A stretch of DNA of 64,000 nt from Octopus sinensis (lineage: Eukaryota), in contig NC_042999.1 of the NCBI RefSeq assembly GCF_006345805.1, forward strand, positions 157,914,001 to 157,978,000, given 5' to 3'. Below are positions 36,415 to 51,356 of the stretch, in pieces. Within the stretch, counting starts at the first letter, position 1. Each line of letters starts with the position of its first letter. A program made the position numbers and the translations under genes. The notes under the pieces are model-generated. The model had not been told where the DNA came from and made no database searches. It saw nothing but the letters and a program-made list of their open reading frames with translations.

Positions 36415-37279
36415 TTAATAATAAAATTAATATTATTGGCTATTCACACTGTGAACCGTGCAGGCATATGTATGTATGTATGTATATATATATATATTTA
36501 TACACACGCACACATACTTATAAGGTGAGCAAAAGTGTACGTACGCACACACACATATATACATATATGTATGTATGTGTGTGCATCAGTATTATACCAA
36601 GTTTGACAGTTCTACTCTCAGCTGTTCTGTTCACGACTGTAGAGAAAATTTTGGTCGTGTATCGTAGTTAGAACTGAACATTATGATTACACACTTATCT
36701 TCTTTGAAATATATTTCGGGATGATTGGATTAATGGGTTTTAATCTTTTGCTCGGCTGGAATTCCAAAGGTCAGCTTATAGTTTACTAAATGATATTTAT
36801 AACGTGTTTCATTTACATTTATTCTTTAGTCTATTCTAAAAAAATACACTTATATTCTAATTTTGCTAGGCTAGGTTTATGAAGGTTAGTTTTAAGTCGA
36901 AATACAGATGTAGGCATTGTCAATAGTTTAAAATTCACTCTATCGGTCATAAATATTCAAAAGACAATATGCGAAGTGGGAGGGAAATAACTGAAGAAAT
37001 ACAAATATTCATAGTAATACAGAAAGTAAGAGGTAGGAACGGTCTATAATCGTAAGGTAGGTTTATGCTAGAGCTACTGTGTATACGCATATATTCTTGT
37101 ATTTATTTATATTTTACCATTGATAAACAAAGATTGTCGAAAGTGGTTTGGTATTTGAATAAATCTACGACAAAATTTTAAAACGACTACACGTTTTTAG
37201 ATACAGGAACATTTTTAAACACCCAAGCAAATTCTTCTATAAATACACACACGTGCATACCTGTCTACATACATATATA

Positions 37280-37330
<51 letters not shown>

Positions 37331-37399
37331 TCGCCCCGCTACAATATCTATCGAACAAGGATTGTTACTATTGCGCGAGTGTGAGGAACTGAAATCAGG

Positions 37400-37438
<39 letters not shown>

Positions 37439-37487
37439 TCTCTATCTCTTTCTCTCTGTCTCTCTCTGTCTCTTTCTTTCTCCCCCC

Positions 37488-37518
<31 letters not shown>

Positions 37519-37755
37519 GAACAGAATGGAATAAGCAGAGCAAGAGCATACACGAAGATGAAAAGTGTCGCTAAGAAAGATTTCCGGACAATGTACATGA
37601 GTTAGAATAAGAACATTAATAAATGAGTGAAGAACGAATATATAGAGCGTGTGTTTATTTGCCAAAAAAAAAATGACCATCCCAAGTTACAATGATATCT
37701 ATTTCAGCATACGACTTCACATCAGGAATCCACAAATTCATAAGCACATATATAT

Positions 37756-37808
<53 letters not shown>

Positions 37809-37936
37809 CTTACAAATTCTATTTGTTTGTGGAGACTTTTTACTAGTAGAGGAAATAGTGACCAATTTTGGCTGTTATTTCTAATATTTTCGGTATGTGG
37901 TTTTGAGCAACTTGTTGCATTTAACCCTTAATTATA

Positions 37937-37969
<33 letters not shown>

Positions 37970-38019
37970 ATATATAGAAATATATATATATAAAATGTTA
38001 ATCATCAAAGAACGTTAAC

Positions 38020-39247
38020 TATTGGATCATCCTCCCAAAAATCTGGTTTTTTCAATTGCATGAAGATAAATTATCTCGATGAACTTGCTGTAAAAGCAGG
38101 TAGTAATTCTGCCTTGTACTTATTCTTAGTTCAAGTCTTGAAGAGTGCAGTTCGATTTTTACAGTCATTTTTTCAAAGCTTTTGGAAGTGACAAAGGAGT
38201 ATATTCGGCATATTTTGATTTATGAGTTCAATAGAAGCAACAAAGCAACGGAAAATGCGAGGGATACTAATACCGTATATGAGGATCGGATAGTAAGCGT
38301 AAGCCAGTGTCAACGGTGTTTCTAGAAATTCTGAGCCGGAAACTACAGCCTAGAAGTTGAGCCTCGTCCAGGAAGATCTGCAGAACTCGACGAGGACGTC
38401 CTGCAAACCCATGAAATTCCATCGTAATTGTTGAGGAACTAGCAGAGAAGCTTGGATTTGGTCATTCAATCATTCATCGACATCTGCCTGTCATCATCGG
38501 AAAATTCAGCAAATTGTGTTCATGGGTTCCTCACAAACTTTTTGAGTCTAATCGCATGCAGAGAAGGAATGTGCGCTCTTCTTTGCAGTCACATCTCACG
38601 AATGAACCTTCTTTTTCTTGGGACCGAATAGTGACTGGTGACGAAAAATGGGTTCTCTATAAAAATGTCAAGCGCCGAAGACAATGGGTAGGGAAAGGAG
38701 AAACACCGGCACCCCAGGCTAAAGAAGGTCTTCACCCACGTAAGGTGTTGTTATCTGTTTGGTTGGCTATGTAAGACTTCGTCCACTTCGAAATTTTTGA
38801 CCCAAACCAAACGATAACAAAAGAGATCTACTGTGAGCAACTTGAGCGGCTTAAGTCAGCGCTGGAGGAAAAATGACCATATTTGGTTTCAAGACGAAAG
38901 GTGTTCTCCTATCAGGAGACCACATATAGCTCGACCACATATAGCAAGGATGACCTTCCAAAGGCTGGAGCAGTTTGAATGGGAATCTATGCCCAACCAC
39001 CATATTCGCCACACATTGCCCCATCTGATTATCATTTATTCCGCAGTCTTCAAAACCATTTGAACGGAAAAAATACGAATTCTGTAGACGAGGTGGGAAC
39101 AGTATTGGAAGAGTATTTTTCGTCACGGACAAGTGTATTTTGGAAGAGGGGCCTTGTAAGACTACCAGATAGATGGAAGAGCATTATAGAAAATCTGAAA
39201 AATAAAAGAAATATAAAAAAACGCATTATTTATGGGCTGACTCAATA
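38020..39247 (+). mobile_element. mariner (DD34D) transposon, near full length, decayed
   Basis: Imperfect TIRs tattggatcatcc / gggctgactcaata; WVPHKL, IVTGDEKWVLY, LHPRKVLLSVW, YSPHIAPSDYHLFRSL. Confidence 0.9.
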
Positions 39248-39261
39248 CATTATAGCTTCCA

Positions 39262-39720
39262 CCATGGCTTCAAGAGAGCTGCGGAATCCGGCGTATCTGA
39301 TCCTCCCTGCAGCCTTAGGAAGATCTTTGAATACCTCCTTCGTTTTGGAGACCAGCTGGGCCTTGGTGTTGCAGGAAGATAAGTTGGTGTCTTTGTCAAA
39401 TGGGCCTCACACATAGTAATCCATGACTTTATATTTGGGAGATTAGGAGGCCAAAGATTGGGACTAAGGCTAGTGAAGTCTTAGAAATTCTCCCATAACG
39501 ACTTCTGACTTTTTTTCTAGAAGTATGCCAAGGAGCCGAATCCTCCTGTCCGTATTTTGATACCCGGTGCGAATCCTTATGATACGCGTAAAACTTTTCC
39601 CAATATTCCAATGGCTTCCAATTCTCCAAATCAGCTAACTTTTTCTCAAGTAGAACTTTAATCCTTATGCTCTCTAATGCCTTTGATTCTTCACCAATAC
39701 GTCAAGCTGTTCCTGAAATA
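39262..39720 (-). mobile_element. maT-like (DD37D) transposase fragment
   Basis: QEDSAPWHTS..SP....MDYYVW...NTKAQL...FRSSLEAMVEA, homologous to 41862-42458. Confidence 0.65.
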
Positions 39721-39743
39721 AGGAGACATTTAGCCTCCTAACC

Positions 39744-39776
<33 letters not shown>

Positions 39777-40394
39777 GATATATATGTGTGTGTACGTGTG
39801 TGTACGTGGTGTGTGTACGTGTGTATGTGTGTGTACGTGCGTAAGCATATGTATTATACAAATATCTTTACAGTTTATACAAATATTGTAAGAGACGAGA
39901 GAAAAGTTTCGAGTTTTCGTCGTTTAGTGTAGCTAGAACTAAACTACTCCATTGTACTTAAAAACCTCTTCTTCGTTGAAATTTATTTCGGACCGATTAG
40001 ATTAATGACCTTTGGTCTTTTGATCGGCTGGAAGTCCGAAGGCCAGTTTGTAGTTTACTGAATGATATTTGTAATGCTTTATACCTATGTATTTGGCTTT
40101 GTATGCTCTAACTTTCTAGGCTTGGTTTCCAAAGGTTAGTTTTAAGTCAAAATAAAGATGCAGGTATTGTCAATAAGTTAAATTTCAATAAGGTTGTAGG
40201 TCGCTCTGATTTGAGCCTATTCTGATCTCAAACATTCGAAAATATTAGAAATACGAAGGAAACAATACAAAAATAATAGTAATATAGAAAATAGGAGAAA
40301 GAAAATATCTAAAATCCTAAAATCCTAAATTAGGACTATGCAAATTTATATAAACACACACACACACACAACACACACACACACACACACACAC

Positions 40395-40449
<55 letters not shown>

Positions 40450-40597
40450 ACACTCTCACACACAGACATGTATATATATACATATATACACGTTCCGTTA
40501 CAATATCTAAAGAACAAACATTATCAATATTCCACTACTATGAGGTACTGAAGCCGAGTTTCGTAATACCTAGCAGTATTCATAACCCTATATATAT

Positions 40598-40682
<85 letters not shown>

Positions 40683-40695
40683 ATATATATGTATG

Positions 40696-40726
<31 letters not shown>

Positions 40727-40734
40727 ATATTAAT

Positions 40735-40888
40735 AAGGGTGAGAGAATTAGATACTAATTTAGTAATTATTCAACACCAAGTGTAATATTGTAATATGTT
40801 ATAAAATTATAATAATCCAGTTTCTCGTAGCACTAGGCCACTGGGGTTGAATAAATATACTATAAATAGATCTAATTCTCTCACCCTT
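40735..40888. repeat. Inverted repeat (~50-bp arms) within (TA)n
   Basis: aagggtgagagaattagat..ttcaacaccaagtg / cactggggttgaa..atctaattctctcaccctt. Confidence 0.75.
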
Positions 40889-41363
40889 TTAATTAATTAT
40901 AATTATATGCATATATTTCTAAATGCGTATTTGTTTTCCGTGAAAGTTTGGCGCGCTGTTGGTTGGGGCATTTGAATTATAACGTCGGATGTAATCAATT
41001 GAACCACACGCGTATTATCTTATGGTAAAATCTGGCGTGTGTGATTGAGTGGATTCATCAGATAGTCTTGGCTGACGAGCTACAAATGATTTTTTTGTAA
41101 GTAATATTACATTAATTCATTAATAGCGAACAATTGTCCCAAAATAATCTGTATTTTTGTTATTTTACTTGCCCTGTCCGGTGAGCTAACAGTCGTACTG
41201 GCTTTCATGGGAAACATGTATTTCGTGGTTGAAACCTTTTGGATTAATGGTGCTAGAGTGAGCAATATATTGACCACTCTCTTATATTTGTTATATATAT
41301 ATATAATATATATATATATGCATACATAGTATATATATACGTATATATATATATATGCGTATA

Positions 41364-42584
41364 CAGGGCGCGAAGGGTATTTGAGGACATTTCGTTTTTA
41401 GTTCATTACACCTTCAAATTATTTAATGTATCATCTGTTTTATTTTTTTCTTCCAGATAACCCTTTTAAGATATCATGCTAACTCACGAAATGTAAAGAC
41501 ATGCAGTCATAGTTGCTATTCATACAAACCACAATGATTTAGAAATTAGTGACTTTCTAAATGTTGCAAGGTCATTTGTACACAAAGTTCGGTTGGAACT
41601 GGAGACATGTGATGGTAATATTTCCCCTGTATCACAATGCCTAGACACTAAAAAGACACCGGAATTTATACAACATGTTCAAAATATTATCGATGAAAAC
41701 CCCAAAAGATCAATGAGGTCCATTGCTAAAGAACTTCGGGTGTCAGAGTGGTACATCGTGACATTCGATACAAGCCCTATGTAGTGAGGAAAAGCCAATT
41801 CGTGTCTGCAAAAACACAGGAAAACCGTCTCATCGTTTAAAACGGTTACTTAACTACAGACATGCTTTGGTTTTTCTCTGAAGAGAAAAACTTTGACCAG
41901 GATCAAAAGTCTAGCACAAGAAATGACAGGTGGTTATATGAATATTCTTCTGAAGAACCCACAGTGATGCACACGAAATATCCAGCAACTGTGGCGGTTT
42001 TAGGAGTAGTGAATAGCAAAGGTCATATGATGTCTCTCCACTTTTTTCCACAGGGTCATAGAATTAATGCTGCTGGATACATTGAGGTACTGGAAACTGT
42101 TATTAAGCCCTGGATTGATGAAGTATGCAATGGAAGGCCATACATGTTTCAACAAGACTCAGCACCTTCTCACAAAGCTCTAGTCACTCAAGAATGGTTG
42201 CCAGACAATCTTTACGATTATGAAACACCCAATATGTGGCCTACAAACTCGCCAGATTTGAACCCCATGAACTACTACAAGTGGAGCGCTGTTGAAAGGG
42301 AGACTAACCACTATTCTCATAATACCATAACTTCGCTTAAGGCTACCATTGTCCAGGTGATGTCCGAAACGAATAAGGACCATACAGTGTCAGCATGCCA
42401 GCGGTTTCGGTCCCGCATTGAAGCAGTCATCGAAGGTGAAGGCGGTTTCATAGAATAATTTGCTCAAAAAAATCAATATCAATATTAATTGCACAAATGT
42501 TTATTCAAATACATATTTATTTCTGATGAAATATAGTTGTTTTATTGTATAACAAAACCTTCCTCAAATGCTCCTCGCACGATG
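41364..42584 (+). mobile_element. maT-family (DD37D) Tc1/mariner transposon, decayed
   Basis: ORF 41862-42458: FFSEEKNF, FQQDSAPSH + 37 aa + (D>N)YYKW; TA-flanked imperfect TIRs. Confidence 0.85.
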
Positions 42585-42852
42585 TACACACACGTGCGAA
42601 CACGCCACCTTTAAGGTGGCATATTTTACATTAGTTTGATATTGTATCATATATTCCTATAGTGTATATGCGTAAGTATGAAAATGGCATGTATGTGGGA
42701 AGAATGCTGGCAACACATGCAACATGAATGAAGCTCGAAGATCAATATAGTAGGAGCATTTATAAAAGAATGAAGAATTACATCATAAATACTGCCAATA
42801 AATTTTAACACACACACACATACACATACACACACCACACACACACACACAC

Positions 42853-44080
42853 ACGGAGGAGAATCGGCTGATAAGTTTATAGGTTGAGCAAGACATTCTC
42901 ATGAAATGTGACTGAAAGAAGTTTATTTTCAAACATATCCCTCCTTGAGGTCCCCACACTTCTTCCATCGCTATTTGCAGTCCTTTGATCCCATTAGGGA
43001 AGAAGCCTTTATCTTGTTGGTAAAAAAAGTTATCAACAGCAGATATGATATCATTATCTCTGCAATACTGGTTCTCAGCCAAGTGGGGTTTTTTTTTTCA
43101 TGTTGGGGAACAGATTATAGTTAGACGGGACCAAATCAGGAGAATAAAGAGGGTGATCAACCAGTTCAAAGCCACTCTCACGCGCAGCAACTATTGAAAC
43201 CAAGGACTTGATTGCTGGAGCATTGTCCTAATGAAAGAAGAGCCTTTTCGCCTGTTATCCTGGGTGTTTGCTCTTGATAGCATTTCGCAACTGCCTTAGG
43301 AAGTTGGCATAGTACTCTGTATTAATGGGGTGGCCCTTTTCGAGATAAACACAATGCCTTTTGCATTCCAAAAACTGAGCCCATCACCTTATCTGCAAAT
43401 GATACGACCTTGGTGTTTTGTGGAGCAGGTGGGGTTAGATGTTTCCATTGTATGGATTGTCTCTTTGTCACTGGCTCAGGTTGATGGATCCAACACTTAT
43501 CCTGGCTTAGAAAACGTTCAAGGAAACTAGTTGGATCTGCCTGAAGCAATGTCAGACTTTCCTGTGTAGTATTCAACCTGGTTCGCTTTTAATCAGGTGT
43601 CAAAAGTTGTTGCACCCACCAAACAGAAACCTTCGTCATATCAAGTTCATTGAGAAGAATATTCTCCATACTCCCACGGGATATGATAACAACACTGGCT
43701 ATTTGATTTATAGTCGAAGTCTGTCATTGTTTTCTTCGATGGTGACAGAAGCAGGAGGCTTAAACCTTGGGTCATCTTCACGACTCCCCCATCTATTAAA
43801 TTCAGCACTCTACTTTTGCACTGTTGATAAAGCCGGAGTGTCATCTTCTAATGTAGCAACCATGTCAGTATGAATATCACTGGGGTCTAATCTCTTTTCC
43901 TGCGGGTACTTGATAAGACGACGATGCCAAATTTTGTCCATTTTCAAGAGATGCGGCAACTAGTTACATTTGAAGTCTTCTTTGAACAGTGAAACGTCAG
44001 TTTATTTAGAAATTAATGCAGTACACACATATTTTGTTTATGCAGAACGAATTGTACAAAAACCTTTAACCACTTTTGAC
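42853..44080 (-). mobile_element. mariner transposon, decayed
   Basis: FLERFLSQDKCWIHQPEPVTKRQSIQWKH..KVMGSVF; TIR-like cggaggagaatcggctgataagtt. Confidence 0.8.
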
Positions 44081-44103
44081 GCAACACACCACACACACAC
44101 ACA

Positions 44104-44148
<45 letters not shown>

Positions 44149-44909
44149 GTATATGTATACCGACAGAATAAGTACTAGTCTTACAAAGAATAAGTCCTGG
44201 GATCGATTTGTTCGACTAAAGGCGGTGCTCCAGCATGACTGCAATCAAATGACTGAAACAAGTAAAAGAATAAAAGAATATTCTTGGTGTGTATGTGTGT
44301 GTGTATGTGTGTGTGTGTGTGTGTGGTGTCATGTGTACGCGCGTGTAGTAGTGTGTGTAGGTGTGTGTTTTATCTCGCATGAACATATCTGAGTTGATTT
44401 CTTTATTCGTTTACCCAGCAAACAACATCAAATTGTTCTGTCGAGTTCCTACAACTTAATATTCTACGGTATTGTTTTATTTAGTCTGAGGGAATAACAT
44501 TTAATTGTATGTATTTGTAAAGATAATATTTTAAACGTCATTTCAAGTCATAATATGAACTACGAAAGTAGTTCATATTTCAGTAATCTTTAGGATTCTA
44601 ACATGATGTTGGCCAATAACTTCCGTTAATTTGTCATTCGAATGCAATTCCTAATTATTGACATAAATGTTCTCATGTCATCTCAATGATAACTTTGATA
44701 TATACCATATGCGAAAGTACTGACAGATATAAAACAAATACGCCATCCCATTATTACAAATACGCAGACATTTACAAACATATTATTCAGTAAATGAAGC
44801 CGTATTTAGTAAATGCGCCATAAGAAATATTACACGAACGCTTCAGAAAATCATTTGTATTTATCTTTTGCTGTTCATCACCAAACTATTAAAATATTTG
44901 TACTAATAT

Positions 44910-45436
44910 TACGAGGGTAAGTTAAAATATGTACAGACGCTTGTTTCTGTAATTTATTGAAAGAAAACTGAGGTTCAACGATTACATCATTTCTCGATAT
45001 ATTCTCCTTGCTTATCGATGCACTTCTTCCAGCTGTCCATAAACTTGCATATTCCATTGGAGACGAATATTTTCGGTTGGTCGCGCAGCCATCTATGCAT
45101 CCTTTACTGCGCTTCTTGGGCTATAGCGTATCGATGACATTGTAAAAGATACTTGAGCAGTCCAAACAGGTAATAGTCGGGAGAGGCGAGGCGTGGACTG
45201 TATGAAGGATGTTCCAGCAATCCGAAACCCAGTTTTTCAGTGGTTTCGATGGTGTGGGCTTTCGTGTCTTGGCGTGCGTTGTTGTGCAATAATACTTGCG
45301 TTGGCAACAGACCTCGGCGTTTGGCGCCAATTACTAGTTTCAGTTTGTTGACTGGCATTTCACTAAAACCTTCGCTAGTGACTGTAGAGCTCTTTTCTAG
45401 GTAATATTCCAGTGTAGGCCCTTTTGTGTGTGCGTG

Positions 45437-45471
<35 letters not shown>

Positions 45472-45473
45472 TA

Positions 45474-45548
<75 letters not shown>

Positions 45549-46262
45549 CGGTTAGCATCACTTTCTTTGCAAAAGGTTGTGTCTTGAATTTCTTTTTCGT
45601 TGGTGATTCCAGGTATTTACACGTCATACTCTGCTTTCTGGATCCTGGCTCAAAGTGATGGACCCAGGTTTCATCCGTGACTATTCTCTTCAAAAATGCT
45701 TCGTTGTAGCGTTCGAGTAAGCGTTGATATATCTCCACACTATTGAGCTTATGCGCTTCAGTAAGCTCTCTTGGTACCCATCTCGTACAGACCTTAAGAA
45801 AGCTAAGCTTGCCGTGGATGATTTCGTATGCAGAACCATGCCTAATTTGCAGGGAACATGCCACCTCATTACTGGTCACTTGTCATTTTATCAGAACCAT
45901 CACTCGAGTTAGTTGAATCTTCACGTCAATGGGGGGGGGGCGTCCTGCTCTCTGTTCGTGCTTCATGCTTCTCCTGCCGTTTTTAAACTTCTCGATTCGC
46001 TAATACACACTTCTATGTGATAGAACGCTATCTACGTATTGTACTGAAAGTCTGCGATGAGTTCCAGCTTTTGACATACCTTCAGATAAGAGAAATTGAA
46101 TCCCTGATTTCTGTTTTCCGTGGTGTACACTGCCAGCCGAGTGGTTGGTCATTTTTACTTTGTAATACAAGAAAGAAGTAAAATTCTCGTTGCGAAAACT
46201 TTTAGAATGCGAGCGCTGAAAGTAGTGCGGCCAGTCTAAAAAATTATTTTGGCAAAAATACT
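44910..46262 (-). mobile_element. mariner transposon, decayed, with (CA)n/(CT)n inserted at 45425-45545
   Basis: KVCTRWVPRELT, FLKRIVTDETWVHHFEP, KKVMLTV, LLHNNAR.H, HPSYSP.LASPDYYLFG. Confidence 0.9.
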
Positions 46263-46679
46263 CTTTTACACTTTTACATGTTTCAGTCATGTAACTGTGG
46301 CCACGCAGGAGCACCGCCTTTAGTCGAGCAAATCGACCCCAGGACTTATTCTTTGTAAGCCTAGTACTTATTGTATCGGTTTATTTTGCCGAACCGCCAA
46401 GTTACGGGGACATAAACACACCAGCATCAGTTGTCAAGCGATGTTGGGGGGGGGGACAAACACAGACACACAAACATATACACACACATACATATATATA
46501 TATATACTTATATACGACGGGCTTCTTTCAGTTTCCGTCTACCAAATCCACTCACAAAGCTTTGGTCGGCCCGAGGCTATGGTAGAAGACCCTTACCCAA
46601 GGTGCCACGCAGTGTGACTGAACCTGGAACCATGTGGTTGGTAAGCAAGCTACTTACCACAAGCTACTCCTACGCCTAT
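46260..46679 (-). mobile_element. SINE family B, full length
   Basis: Family B homology. Confidence 0.9.
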
Positions 46680-46914
46680 ATACTGATAATTTTTGACTTC
46701 TTGTATTTTGCTTCAGAGGCACAAGGCTACAAAATTCGAGAGAATGATCTAGGCGCCCCCAGTACTTAACTAGTACTTAGTTGTATTGACCTCGAAATGA
46801 CGAATGTCAAATTTGACCTTGAGGAAATTTGAACCAAGACCGTGAAAAGCGTAACTGAATGCCATAAAATATTTCATCCAATGTTCTGATGGTTCACTTA
46901 AACTACAACCTAAG

Positions 46915-47132
46915 CGGGTTTCAAATTTTAGCACCAGACCAGAAATTTCGGGGGAGGCGAGTAAGTCGATTATATCAACCCCAATGTCCAACTGATACTT
47001 ATTTTATCGACCCCAGAAATATGAAGGGCAAAGTCGATCTCAGTGACATTTGAACTTAGAACATAAAATCGGAAGAAATACTGCTAAACATTTTGTCCGG
47101 CGTGGTAACAATTCTGCCAGCTAACCGCCTTA
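46915..47132 (-). mobile_element. SINE family A
   Basis: Family A homology. Confidence 0.75.
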
Positions 47133-47749
47133 GAAGCCAAAATTGATAAAATCAATTATCCAACCAATGTGGTACTCGTACTCATTATCCCCAGAATAAA
47201 AATCGCGTACTGTACCCACTAGGATGGCATAGTTATTTGTATTTATATATTGATTTTATAACTCAACACACATTATGACGTAATCAACTATCATTTAATA
47301 TATGTCCATAGAAACGGTACTTCTCTTGCTGCCAAACAATATCAAGAAATATAAATTTTATAAAATATAGATAATCAATAATATTGTTTCTAATTTGGAC
47401 CCAGGGCCAGTAACTTTGAGTGGGTGGGGGGTATAATCGATTAAATCGTCCCTAGTACTTTACTGATATTTTATCGACCTCCGGCTGGATGAAAGGCAAA
47501 GTTCACTTCGGAAGGATTTGAACTCAGAACAAGGAAGACCGAAACAAATACGGCAACACATTTACTTCGACATTCTAACGTCACTTGTCCGCAAAGCAAT
47601 ATTACTTTGTGTAACTATCAAACTGATTACAATACCTATATATGTAAACAATATTGCACATGACTCAGTATAAGAAGAATCTTTGAGATGACTTGAAGGC
47701 AAGGACTCTTTGTAACACGACAATGATTATTTGCTTGTATATGAAATAT

Positions 47750-48320
47750 TGTTTTCAAATTTTGGCACAAGGCAAGCAAGTCCTAGGAGTCGGTAAATCG
47801 GTTACATCGATCCCAGTGTTCAACCGGCACTACTTTAATGTAACCCGAAAGGACGAGGGGCACAGTCGACATCAGCGTATCTGAACTCAGTATGTTGTTG
47901 TTGGCACTCCGTCGCTTACGACGACGAGGGTTCCAGTTGATCCGATCAACGGAACAGCCTGCTCGTGAAATTAACGTGCAAGTGGCTGAGCATTCCACAG
48001 ACACGTGTACCCTTACGTAGTTCTTGGGGATATTCAGCGTGACACAGAGTGTGACAAGGCTGGCCCTTTGAATTGACAGGCATAACAGAAACAGGAAGTA
48101 AGAATGAGAGAAAGTTGTGGTGAATGAGTACAGCAGGGTTCGTCACCATCTCCTGCCGGAGCCTCGTGGTGCTTTAGGTGTTTTTGCTTAATAAACACTC
48201 ACAACGTCCGGTCTGGGAATCGAAACCGCGCTCCTATGACCGCAAGTCCGCTGTATTTAAAGATGGACAAAATGCCGCTAAGCATTTTGCTCGGCGTGGT
48301 AACTGATCTGCCGGCTTGCT
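47750..48320 (-). mobile_element. SINE family A split by a nested family C SINE (~47897-48255)
   Basis: The family A sequence resumes on both sides of the family C copy near its B box. Confidence 0.8.
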
Positions 48321-48652
48321 GCTTTTGTTGCATATGAAATATTAAGCCATATGTTGTGATAATTATCGAATACTTTTTTTGTGAAAACAACATTAATGTA
48401 CGTACATAATAGGATACTGGTTTGTTTATAAAGTCGATTCTTATATAGTTTATTGCAATTTTTATTGTATTGGATTTTGTTATTTTTTTCTAATTATCTC
48501 AAGAGCACACACACACACACATAAACAGACACACACAAAGATTATTAAAACAAATTCACTGTTGTGTTATTAAATGTAACAATAAAACTAAAACACAAAA
48601 ACGCGTGCACACTCGTACATGTAAACATACAAATATAAATATATCTATGTAC

Positions 48653-48702
<50 letters not shown>

Positions 48703-48711
48703 ATATGTATG

Positions 48712-48880
48712 TATGGAAAATTCACGAAAAACACAAAAGACGAAGACAGGTGGTGTAGATAACAAACAGATGTATTAGTATAACACTTGGGAATTGAAAA
48801 AAGTCTTTTACGTTTCGACCCTACGCTCTTCCACAGAAAGGAACACAGAAAGAACACAGAAAGAAACAAGGAGAGGAAGA
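48712..48880 (-). mobile_element. Penelope-like terminal repeat (same family as 6395)
   Basis: cttt-ctgtgga-a-gagcgtagggtc-gaaa-cg-ta-aaag. Confidence 0.6.
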
Positions 48881-49658
48881 AGGAGAGATACACATACACA
48901 CACACATATGCACGCACATACACACGTTTGTATGTACGCATGCATGTATGTATGTATGTATGTATGTATGTATGTATGTATGTATGTATGTATGTATGTA
49001 TGTTTATGGATAATTTCCATTAGATTGTCGTGTGCTTCCTTCAACAAAGAGGGAAATTTCATATAAGATATCTCTTGCGTACAGCAGTCAGTGAATCGGC
49101 CTGAAGTTATTGTATCCAAGTTGAAACTATTAGTTCATTTGAATTATTTCCCCTTAGCACATCGTATGATCAATGACGCCAATTATACAGAACAATAAAT
49201 ATTCTTAACTCTACTTACCCACCTTCCCTAACATTACTGGCCTTGTGCCAAAATTTGAAACAATTAATTTCGATATTCTGATGCGTACGACAGACAACTC
49301 CAAACATTAGAAAACTAAAAGGTTGAGTCTGACGTAAAGATAAGAAGAATGCACTCTTTACTCGTTAGACACCATCTCTGTAAGATAAGGGCAAAAGATA
49401 GTATATATATACATGCTCACTCTTACAATGGTCCTATTATATTTACAATACCGAGGCTATCACTCTACTGTATAAGCTCACCAACCACAGGGAAAATGAC
49501 TCTAGGCTCTCAGTTGATATGCTAGTTATAGCAGCTAAGTTTCATAAATTAAGCCCTACTGCTTAATGGGAAAGACTCATTAGATGATGTACCCCAAAGT
49601 ATGGCTGTGTGATTAAGAGGTACGCTTCATCTTTTGTTTTCTGTCAATTCGAGCTATA

Positions 49659-49691
<33 letters not shown>

Positions 49692-51071
49692 GCGTTTTTG
49701 CATTTGTCCCCTATATCTTGTCAGCCACAAAGGGTTTGTTTATGTCGCCGTAGCTTAGTGGATCGCTTAAAGGACCAGTTAGAAAATGTGCCAACTTTAA
49801 AATAAGTACTGGGGTCGATTTTTTCACTGAACCCTTCACTAAATTCTAGAGTGGCAACAGTCTAATGACAGAAATAAGTAAAAGAATAAGAGAATATAGA
49901 TCTAGATATAGAATATAAACGTGATGGCCACGGTGAAATGTCTACTCATTATTGCATACTTTGCATTAAATAACTGGCATACCGTCGGTTACAACGACGA
50001 GGTTTCCAGTTGATCGACCAAGGGAAGAGCCTGCTCATGAAATTAACGTGCAAGTGGCTGAGTACTCCACAGACATATGTACCCTTAAAGTAGTTCTCAG
50101 TGTGAGTCAATGTGACACAACGTGTGACAAGGCTGGCCGTTTGAAATACAAGTACTACTCATTCTTGTTAGCTGAGCGGACTGGAGCAACATGAAATAAA
50201 GTGTCTTGCTCAAGGACACAACGTGTCGCTGGGAATTGAAATCACGACCTTACAATCGTAAGCTGAATGCTCCTAGGTGAAAAGCCACGTGACTTCGCGG
50301 ATTAAATAACTACAATAATCATATTTAAGTTACTTAAATTCATCATACACTTGTAATAGATTTCATTTACTAAACCAACTTTCTCATTCTGGTTTAAGAC
50401 ACAAGTTTAGAGGGGCTAACAAACGAACCTCCCTAGATGATCGATTGATCTGGTAGAAGTAGGAGCCGGATCTCCCAAAAAATCCGCCTTGCAGTTTTGG
50501 AAAAAATATCTCATTGGATAATTTAGCCTTGGATACCCAACACAATGGAAGAAGCAGGACCTTTATTACTGAAATGCCCATTATTATAGGTTTTTCGAAC
50601 AAGGCTGCATCTCAGCTTACAGAAAACAGTAAAGAAGGTAGCGAGGGAGAAGAACACGGGAAAGAGAAAATAGGAAGAGGAGAAGGAAGACATGACAAAG
50701 AAACATGAATGTGCTTAACGTATCAATTTTGTACTGAGTTCGAGAAAACACCTACTTTGGAGGTAGATTATTTCTGCTAGAAATGAAATAAATTACTATC
50801 GCGTCTGCCTTTTACTATAACATTAATGTTTTTATGTAAGACTACAATTTACATTTGAAAGTGGGAAGTAAACTCTCTTAGTCGAATGTAAGACATCTGG
50901 TTTAAAATATGAATATATCTTTACTGTCGTAAAATGTTCATCAAACCAAACAATATGGAATTTCATACAGACCTGCGAAATGTTTCTAATAATTGTTTTT
51001 TTTTTCTTCTTTTTCTTTTATGATTTATTTCCTTCGCAAAAATTAAATTGCCAATTATATCGCTTGCTTAT

Positions 51072-51235
51072 TTCGTCTGTCTTTACGTTTAGAGTCCAAA
51101 TTCTGCCGAAGTCGACTTTGCCTTTCACCCTTTCGGGGTCGATAAATTAAGTACCAGTTGCTTACTGGAGTTGATCTAATCGACTCGTCCCCTCCCCCAA
51201 AACTTCGGGCCTTGTGCCTAGAGGAGAAAAGAATT
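51072..51235 (+). mobile_element. SINE family A, 5'-truncated
   Basis: Family A homology. Confidence 0.75.
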
Positions 51236-51299
51236 ATATCTTTGTAACTACCTGTTTTTTTTCTCTTTGAAACCAGTACTTTAGCTCAAACAATATTCC

Positions 51300-51356
51300 T
51301 ATTTCTTTACTGCCCACAAGGGGCTAAACACAGAGAGGACAAACGAGGACAGACAG
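51300..51356 (-). mobile_element. 57-bp tail-only SINE A insertion with 17-bp TSD
   Basis: agctcaaacaatattcc at 51283-51299 and 51357-51373. Confidence 0.85.
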
